From Candidatus Aminicenantes bacterium (GTDB lineage Bacteria > Acidobacteriota > Aminicenantia > Aminicenantales > JAFGBC01), in the NCBI GenBank assembly GCA_963702005.1, contig OY969696.1, positions 4,096,001 through 4,160,000 on the forward strand: DNA of 64,000 nucleotides, written 5' to 3'. Below the pieces are notes generated by a model that was not told where the DNA came from, searched no databases, and saw only the letters and a list, made by a program, of their open reading frames with translations. The first letter of the stretch is position 1. The number at the start of each line of letters is the position of its first letter. Shown in pieces: positions 57,886-64,000 of this stretch. Position numbers and translations under genes: made by a program.

Positions 57886-60754
57886 TCGTTGCGTCTCCTT
57901 TGTAGAGGCCAGCAATCGAGGTGACCTCCTTCCGCGTTCCGGGCAGAGGAGTCAAATCATGCCCCCTCTGGACGGCCGCCCGGACGCCGGGATCCTGAGC
58001 ATCCCCGGCGTTTTGGTTTTCCAGGCCGGGGTATTTCGGATCGCCGAAAGCAAGCAGCGTTGTCCTCGTCCTCATCGCATCCGAAGCTCTTCGCTGCTTT
58101 TTGAGTTCCTCAAAGACCGTCGCCGACAGGGCTATCTGTATCGGTTTCCATTCGGCCAAGAATTGCCAATTTTTATTTTTCTCCTTTGTTTTTGCGGAAC
58201 GGATGAGAGCTCCGAAAGGGAGGGTGTGGAGCGGTCCGTCGGGGATAAACAGGATCCGCTCGCTCTTCTCGATTATTTTGCCCGCAGGCCGTATCAGCAT
58301 CTCATAGAGCTTCTTGCCCTGCGCAAGCAGGCCTTCCTGAAGGGATGCCGCCTGGCCTTGCTGGATCAAGAGGTTGAATCTTTCGACCTCGCTTCTCAAT
58401 CGATTTTCAGACACGGCCATGTCGATAACCGCGAACCGGTTGACCGTCACCACGAAAAGCCGGCTTCTCTCCTCCCCCAGGTCATAGGAGAGAAGGACGG
58501 TCCCGGGGTCGAGCGCCTTCTGAGCGCTTAAAAGATCCAGGGCCTCCGGATACTGAAGGGCGGCAAAATTCGGAGATACTTTTTTGATCTGCTCGGCGAT
58601 CTCCGTTTGCCTCGACCTCAAAACACGAAGGTCTTCCAGGAGTTTTTCGATTTCCGCTTGATCCTTTTCGGGGTTGAGCTCGGCCAGGCGCCCTTGAATT
58701 CTGTCATAGTCCCAGGCCGTGCGCTTTCGGCCGCGCTCCAGCTCTTCCGGCACATCGGCCAAAAAAACGAGGTCCCGCTCGGCGAGCATGGCCAGAAATT
58801 GCCGGGCGCGCCATCGCTCCAGTGTTTGGAAGGCCTCTTCCGGTTTCTTGAGCTTCATCAGGACCTCGATATAGGACTGATAAAGGGCCTTATGCTCGGA
58901 GCGGTAGGCCGCTTTGATGTCCGGGGATCCTCCCAGCTTTCCGATATGAGTCTCGATGGCTTCAATGGAGCGCCGGAGATAATCGGCCGCCTCCTGAAGC
59001 CGGTCTGTCTTCAAGCAGATGGCTCCCAGTGAATACAGGGAGCTGGAAAGGCGACTGCTTCCCGGAGCAAGCCGTTCTTCAATAGGCACTGCTTTCCCAT
59101 AGAGCGATTCCGCTTCTTGAAGGTTACCCTTCTTGAAAGCAACTTCCCCCAAATTTTGGAGCCCTCCCGCCACCTCCAGACTTCCCGGAGCGTTCTTTTC
59201 CGTGATGACAAAGCCTTGACGGAAGAAATCCTCGGCCGCCTTGAGGTCCTGTCTGTCAAAGGCCAGATGACCGAGATTTTCCAGGGCGTCGGCGGAGTTA
59301 AGGCCGCCGGGCGCCAGATTTTCCCGGATCGTTAGGGCTTTTTTGAAACAGGCCTCCGCAGATTCGAAATCCCGGCGGTTCTTGAAGACCATGCCGAGGT
59401 TTATGAGATTGGCAGCCATATCATCGCCGTCCGGCTTCACTTTTTCCCAGAATGAGAGCGCCAGCTTGAGGTAAGACTCGGCCGAATCATAGTCGGACCT
59501 ATTGCCCGCTATAACAGCTAAGTTATTATAAATATAGATGATTTCTTCGCTGTCCGGAGTCAGCTTTTTCTTGATGGCCAGGGCTTTCTTATAATAATTC
59601 TCGGCCGTTTCCAGGTTGTCGCGAGAGAAGGCCACATTGCCGAGGTTGATAAACGTCGCGGCCGCCTCGGGGCTTTCCGGGGAGTTTTTCTGGTCGATGG
59701 CGAGCGTCTTTTTGAAATAGTCTTCGGCCGCGTCCAAATCGCCTCGATTTCGAGCGACATTGCCGAGGTTATTCAAGGTCCCGGCCAAGGCCACGCTGCC
59801 GGGCGCCAGGTTTTCCAGGATGTCCCGGGCGCGCTTGAGGGCGGATTCAGCCTTCTCCAGATCGCCGAGCCTCCGGCTCACGGTCCCCACGTTGTTCAGA
59901 ACGCCGGCGGCCAGAAGGCTGGCCGGAGCAAATTTTTCGCAGATCTCCAGGGCCGCCTGGGCGGCGGCGCCCGCAGCCTGCAGGTTCCCCCGGCTCCGCG
60001 TCAAGGTCGCCAGTCCGTTTTGGAATCTCGCTAGGGAAAGGCCTTCGCCGAACTTTCTTCCCAGAGTTTCAATGGCGAAATTCAAGGCTTTCTCCGCCTC
60101 ATCAAATTTATTCTGTTTCCTGTACAGAGTCGCCATAGCTTCCCAAATCGAAGCTTGAGCCAGCGCGCTGTCCGTCAGTTGAGCGACACAGAGAGCCTCC
60201 TGATAAACGGCGAAAGCGCCTTCCCCTTGGGCTGCGTCCGCTAGGGCGGTTCCCGTTTGAAGTGTCAACCAGGTGACAAGATCTTGATCGTTTGATTTTT
60301 TCGCGGATTGAACGGCTTTCGCTAAAAGGGATTTTCCCTTTTCGACCTCCCCGGCCTTAATCAACTGGATTCCCGACCGGAATTCGGACAGCATTTCCCC
60401 GTTCAGCTTGGGCTCGACTTTCACTCTCCAGTCTCCGGCCGGAACTTCAAAATTCAGGGGTTGACCCGAGCGCTCTCCGAGGAGCTTAACCGAGCCGCGG
60501 GGGCCTTGCTCCCACTCCACCCACCAGAAATCGAAGACGGAGCCGATCGCCCCTTTGTCTTTCTCGGGATTCGCGGACGGGCGAGAACCGACCTCCCAGG
60601 CCGTGATGATGTCTCCGGGCTGAAGGCCCGCTTTTTCGGCCGCCGATCCTTTAGCGACTTCCTCGACGACGACGCCCCTCTCCAGGCCGAAAAGGCTCAG
60701 GGCGATTCCGATCAAGGCCAGACAGCCGAAAATAGAGAGAATTTTTTTGGCCAT
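57374..60754 (-). CDS. Exported PDZ + TPR + CHAT (caspase HetF-associated) protease
   Basis: Start at MAKKILS (signal peptide); GSAAEKAGLQPGDII (PDZ); TPR array; PDGPLH.LPF, HFACHG, LSACETG catalytic His/Cys. Confidence 0.9.
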   Translation of the reverse strand: MAKKILSIFGCLALIGIALSLFGLERGVVVEEVAKGSAAEKAGLQPGDIITAWEVGSRPSANPEKDKGAIGSVFDFWWVEWEQGPRGSVKLLGERSGQPLNFEVPAGDWRVKVEPKLNGEMLSEFRSGIQLIKAGEVEKGKSLLAKAVQSAKKSNDQDLVTWLTLQTGTALADAAQGEGAFAVYQEALCVAQLTDSALAQASIWEAMATLYRKQNKFDEAEKALNFAIETLGRKFGEGLSLARFQNGLATLTRSRGNLQAAGAAAQAALEICEKFAPASLLAAGVLNNVGTVSRRLGDLEKAESALKRARDILENLAPGSVALAGTLNNLGNVARNRGDLDAAEDYFKKTLAIDQKNSPESPEAAATFINLGNVAFSRDNLETAENYYKKALAIKKKLTPDSEEIIYIYNNLAVIAGNRSDYDSAESYLKLALSFWEKVKPDGDDMAANLINLGMVFKNRRDFESAEACFKKALTIRENLAPGGLNSADALENLGHLAFDRQDLKAAEDFFRQGFVITEKNAPGSLEVAGGLQNLGEVAFKKGNLQEAESLYGKAVPIEERLAPGSSRLSSSLYSLGAICLKTDRLQEAADYLRRSIEAIETHIGKLGGSPDIKAAYRSEHKALYQSYIEVLMKLKKPEEAFQTLERWRARQFLAMLAERDLVFLADVPEELERGRKRTAWDYDRIQGRLAELNPEKDQAEIEKLLEDLRVLRSRQTEIAEQIKKVSPNFAALQYPEALDLLSAQKALDPGTVLLSYDLGEERSRLFVVTVNRFAVIDMAVSENRLRSEVERFNLLIQQGQAASLQEGLLAQGKKLYEMLIRPAGKIIEKSERILFIPDGPLHTLPFGALIRSAKTKEKNKNWQFLAEWKPIQIALSATVFEELKKQRRASDAMRTRTTLLAFGDPKYPGLENQNAGDAQDPGVRAAVQRGHDLTPLPGTRKEVTSIAGLYKGDATIYLGEEATEEKAKAISKDVRYIHFACHGFLDELFPLNSGLALSIPPAVMEGRDNGILQAWEVFERTRIDADLVTLSACETGLGKEMGGEGLIGLTRAFQYAGARTVLASQWKVADVATSELMTRFYSYLKAGLSKDRALQLAQIEFIRNPDRAISHPYYWAGFLLNGDWK

Positions 60755-60767
60755 GGCCGCTCTCCCC

Positions 60768-61646
60768 CTAATCAGGCGTCGGGGGAGTCCTAAAAAGCCC
60801 CAGCAATTTGGGGAAAGTTTCATTCTCCGGAAATTGCGCGCGGGCCGTCTGTACGGTCCGGTAGGCATCGTAGAAGAGCCCTTTGTCGAGAAGATAGCCG
60901 TACTCGACAAGAAAGCGGGTGATCCGGTTTCCCTCCGGGATTTCTTTGATCACCTCGGCAAGCTCTCCGCGGAGGGAATTCGTCTCGGCTTTGCTCAGGA
61001 CCTGAAACTTTCCTCCGCCTTGATTGGAGTCCGAAAAAATCACCCAATTGTATATCATCCCTTCCCGAAATATTTCCGCGGGAACTCTCGCCTGGCTCTC
61101 CTGAATCTGTTTTTCATAAACCGATTTTCGCTCCGTCCCATCCGCTTTTTGATAGATATGCAGGGAATAGGGAGGGCGATCTTCCTCCCATTGAAAAATG
61201 AGGCCGCCTTCCGGGTAGAGAACCGGCGTGTTGTCGGGCTGGATGATCTTGACGGCGCTTTTAGCCCGGGTGACCAAGGCGACCGTTCTCTCCTCATCTT
61301 TTCGGATCAGGCCCTGGAATATTTTCTTCAATTTTGAAACGGCCTTCTTGCCCCTGCTCTCCGCGATCTTAGGCTCTTGGATCGTATAGGGCGAGGTCGC
61401 TTCGCTGATGCTCTCGGTGCGAAGACCCAGATAGTTCAGAACCGCCTTTCCGCCCGCTCCGATACGGATGACATCGCCGGGATAGAGGGGCTGAAGAGGA
61501 AGGAGGTCCGCCCAGTCATGGCCCCTCATTATTTCCGCCTTTCCCGCAACCTCGGTAAGGGTCGCAGCCGGAGCCCTTGTTTCCTCGGCCAAACCGAACA
61601 GGCCGGCGATGATGGATATCAAACCGAAAAGACACATTCTTTTCAT
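60768..61646 (-). CDS. Secreted protein with FecR-like N-terminus (DUF928-like partner of CHAT/CHASE2)
   Basis: Signal peptide; LYPGDVIRIGAGGKA; ALVTR; YNW; GLFYDA near the C-terminus. Confidence 0.6.
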   Translation of the reverse strand: MKRMCLFGLISIIAGLFGLAEETRAPAATLTEVAGKAEIMRGHDWADLLPLQPLYPGDVIRIGAGGKAVLNYLGLRTESISEATSPYTIQEPKIAESRGKKAVSKLKKIFQGLIRKDEERTVALVTRAKSAVKIIQPDNTPVLYPEGGLIFQWEEDRPPYSLHIYQKADGTERKSVYEKQIQESQARVPAEIFREGMIYNWVIFSDSNQGGGKFQVLSKAETNSLRGELAEVIKEIPEGNRITRFLVEYGYLLDKGLFYDAYRTVQTARAQFPENETFPKLLGLFRTPPTPD

Positions 61647-62980
61647 TGGCGGCCTCCTTGTTTCGGATCGCTTTTTTTAGACTTAGGGAAACGAAGCTTC
61701 GTCTCCAGTTTTTCGATTTTCCGGTCTTTCTCTTTGAGTCTATCCTTCAAATCTTCGACTTCCCTTTTAACCCTGGAGTAGCGTTCGATTAAGGAAAATT
61801 CCCCATGAAGGAAGACTGAGGCGGCCGCCGGGATGAAATTCAGCCAGCGGCTCAGGCTGGAGAAAACGAGATAGCTCCCGAAGACGGCCAGCGGGATCAC
61901 GGACAGCAAACAGATGAGGGACGCTTTAAAAGGCGCATAGCGGACAAAGACCAAGGAGAGAATGACGACGACGGCCAACTCGAATAATAATTCAAAAAGA
62001 TGGCTGACCGGCTTCAGGGGCTTGGCCTTCAGCAGCGTTTCGATAGAGTTGGCGATGATTTCCGTCCCGGACAGGAGCCCCTTGGGCGTCGGATAAAAAT
62101 CCCTGGATTCCTTGAAAGTGCCGCCGACGAGGACGATTTTACCGGAGAGAAGGGGCGAGGACTGGAGGAAGAGGTCGGGGACCTTCCAGAAACTGGAGCT
62201 GCTCAGCGAGTTGAAACTGCGCTTATCGCCGATGAACCGAATATTATCGAGGGGGGAATGGCGGCTTCCTTTCAGGAGGGCCGGGGTTTTCCCGCCGCGG
62301 CCCGTTTCCTCCCCCAGGCCTTTTTCGCCCCGATTCAGCAGGGTTTGAAATGTCTCCCAGGTCAATCCCTCGCCGGCCGCGACAATCGAGAGAGCGAAGC
62401 AAGGGTATCGTCTTTGACCGCCCATTTCCAGAACAAGGCGCATCTTGCGAAGGACCCCATCCCCAGCGATGGGATAATTCACGGCTCCGTAGAAAACAGC
62501 GTCGGGAGTCTTGAAGGGAAGTCCCTGACCGATAGGATAGGCGGCTTCGCCCTTCTTCGATTCTTCTCTTTTCAAGTCCGAAGAAAGAACCACCGGAATT
62601 TTCCATTGTTCGAGGCGTTCAAGCGCGGCGGCCATCAGGCCGTCTTCGGCCGTGGGGGTGCTTAAATCCACATCCAGGCCGATGACTCTTGGCCTGGCCC
62701 GAGCCAGCTTGACGAGAAGCTCCGAAAGAACCCGCCTGGATAAAGGGCTCGTTGAATGAAAAAGGTCCCGATAGTCCGCGTCGCCGATTTCAATCAGGAA
62801 GATGTCCGCCGACCTTTTCTCTTTTTCCCACCAGACCATAAAATCAAAAACGCCGTTCTCCCAGCCCGCTAAGATCCCGAGAAAGGAAAGAGCGCTCGTG
62901 ATGAGGCTGACCAGGAATCCGACGGCCAGGCCGTGCGCCAGGACTTTTTTGGAGAGGTTGCAGGAATGAACTTCAGCCAC
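61643..62980 (-). CDS. CHASE2-domain membrane sensor without catalytic output domain
   Basis: IFLIEIGD, PRVIGLDV, DGVLRK, GKIVLVG, D.YPTP.G..SG.EI.AN; TM helices and a short coiled-coil tail. Confidence 0.85.
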   Translation of the reverse strand: MAEVHSCNLSKKVLAHGLAVGFLVSLITSALSFLGILAGWENGVFDFMVWWEKEKRSADIFLIEIGDADYRDLFHSTSPLSRRVLSELLVKLARARPRVIGLDVDLSTPTAEDGLMAAALERLEQWKIPVVLSSDLKREESKKGEAAYPIGQGLPFKTPDAVFYGAVNYPIAGDGVLRKMRLVLEMGGQRRYPCFALSIVAAGEGLTWETFQTLLNRGEKGLGEETGRGGKTPALLKGSRHSPLDNIRFIGDKRSFNSLSSSSFWKVPDLFLQSSPLLSGKIVLVGGTFKESRDFYPTPKGLLSGTEIIANSIETLLKAKPLKPVSHLFELLFELAVVVILSLVFVRYAPFKASLICLLSVIPLAVFGSYLVFSSLSRWLNFIPAAASVFLHGEFSLIERYSRVKREVEDLKDRLKEKDRKIEKLETKLRFPKSKKSDPKQGGRQ

Positions 62981-63173
62981 GGAAACCCCTATCCCGGGAT
63001 GACTCCGGTTATTCCCTTCCTCTTAGGAAAAAATATCACAGCGAATGGATTTGTGTCAAGTCAATCCGGCCCTCTGGAGCGGCCGGTGACCTTAGGGACC
63101 TTCCCTGATGACAGAAGGCTTGTGATTTCGTTAGAATAGGAACCTCGGCAACTTCACGAAAAGGAGTTCGAAC

Positions 63174-64000
63174 ATGGGGATCCGCGGACAAGGACGATTA
63201 TTCAAAGGGTTGGCGTTCGGACTGCTGGCGCTTTGGCTGACGGCAGGCATCGCCGCCGCCCAAACCGACGTTCCGTACCAGAAGCCTCCCAAGGAAATCC
63301 TCGCTCTGGCGGACGTCGCCCAGCCGCCCCGGATGATCACCGACCGCCACAACCGGTACATGGCCTTTCTGACCAGGCCGAACTATAAAACGCTCCAGGA
63401 GCTCGCCGAGCCCGAGCTCAAGCTGGCCGGCATCCGGGTCAACCCCCAGAACCACGACCGGGCCCGGACCATGTCCTACACGACGATCTCTCTTCAGGAA
63501 TTCCCATCGGGCAAACCCATCCCGATCGCCGGCCTGCCAAACGACCTCCGGATGGAATATATCGGGTTCTCCCCCCAGGGCTCCTATTTCTCGTTCATCC
63601 AGGTCGGGAAAACGGGTCTCGAGCTCTGGATAATCGAGATGAAGACGGGGCAAGCCCGGCGGCTCAGCGCGCCCGTTTTATCGGCCGTCCTGGGCTATAT
63701 CTACACCTGGTCCCCCGACGAGCGGACCATCTACGCCATGAAACGTCTTCACACCGAGCCCTATGTCGAGGAGAAAGAGCTGCCGACCGGACCCGCCATC
63801 CAGGAGGCGACCGGAACCAAGGCCGCCGCCTGGACCTACCAGGACCTCCTCCGCAACAAGCAGGACGAGAAGCGCTTCGACTATTTCGCCGCCCGCTCCA
63901 TCGTCCGCTATGCGCTTGACGGCCCCGAACAGCCCTATCTCCCCGCCGCCGTCTATACGAGCGCCCAGCTTTCCCCGGACGGCGCTTTTTTCCTCACCGA
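63174..64000 (+). CDS. S9-family (glutamyl endopeptidase-like) peptidase, 5' part; continues past the window end
   Basis: Own translation: AGGAG RBS, signal peptide, YQKPPKEILAL, ELAEPELKLAGIRVNP, TYQDLL.N..DE..F. Confidence 0.8.
   Translation, partial: MGIRGQGRLFKGLAFGLLALWLTAGIAAAQTDVPYQKPPKEILALADVAQPPRMITDRHNRYMAFLTRPNYKTLQELAEPELKLAGIRVNPQNHDRARTMSYTTISLQEFPSGKPIPIAGLPNDLRMEYIGFSPQGSYFSFIQVGKTGLELWIIEMKTGQARRLSAPVLSAVLGYIYTWSPDERTIYAMKRLHTEPYVEEKELPTGPAIQEATGTKAAAWTYQDLLRNKQDEKRFDYFAARSIVRYALDGPEQPYLPAAVYTSAQLSPDGAFFLT

Overview
GC-rich diderm bacterial chromosome segment using the standard genetic code; the gene repertoire suggests Ca. Aminicenantes/Acidobacteriota (inference only). 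Housekeeping and envelope genes include a sugar ABC importer with a GHMP kinase, FadL, M64 and S9 peptidases, agmatinase, MEMO1, a pilD cluster, asnB, tilS and a tRNA(CAT). Accessory DNA includes an AbiE toxin-antitoxin pair, a low-GC outer-membrane gene, two tandem 931-aa propeller/CARDB paralogues, REP/MITE-like palindromes, IS1202-, IS1380- and IS91-type elements, and a ~12.6-kb island bracketed by 545-bp direct repeats. Two signals stand out. (1) A secreted BNR/beta-propeller gene (40040-42025) is interrupted by a single in-frame TGA followed exactly 11 nt later by a hairpin with the fdhF-type AGGUCU apex, which makes it a strong candidate for an unrecognised secreted selenoprotein. (2) Inside the island, an AT-rich locus encodes two paralogous secreted 33-aa HC-x6-HC peptides with duplicated promoters, an AraC regulator, two 6-bladed beta-propellers and a CxxC protein, a candidate peptide signalling or antagonism system. 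No database searches were run; all family calls come from motif recognition.
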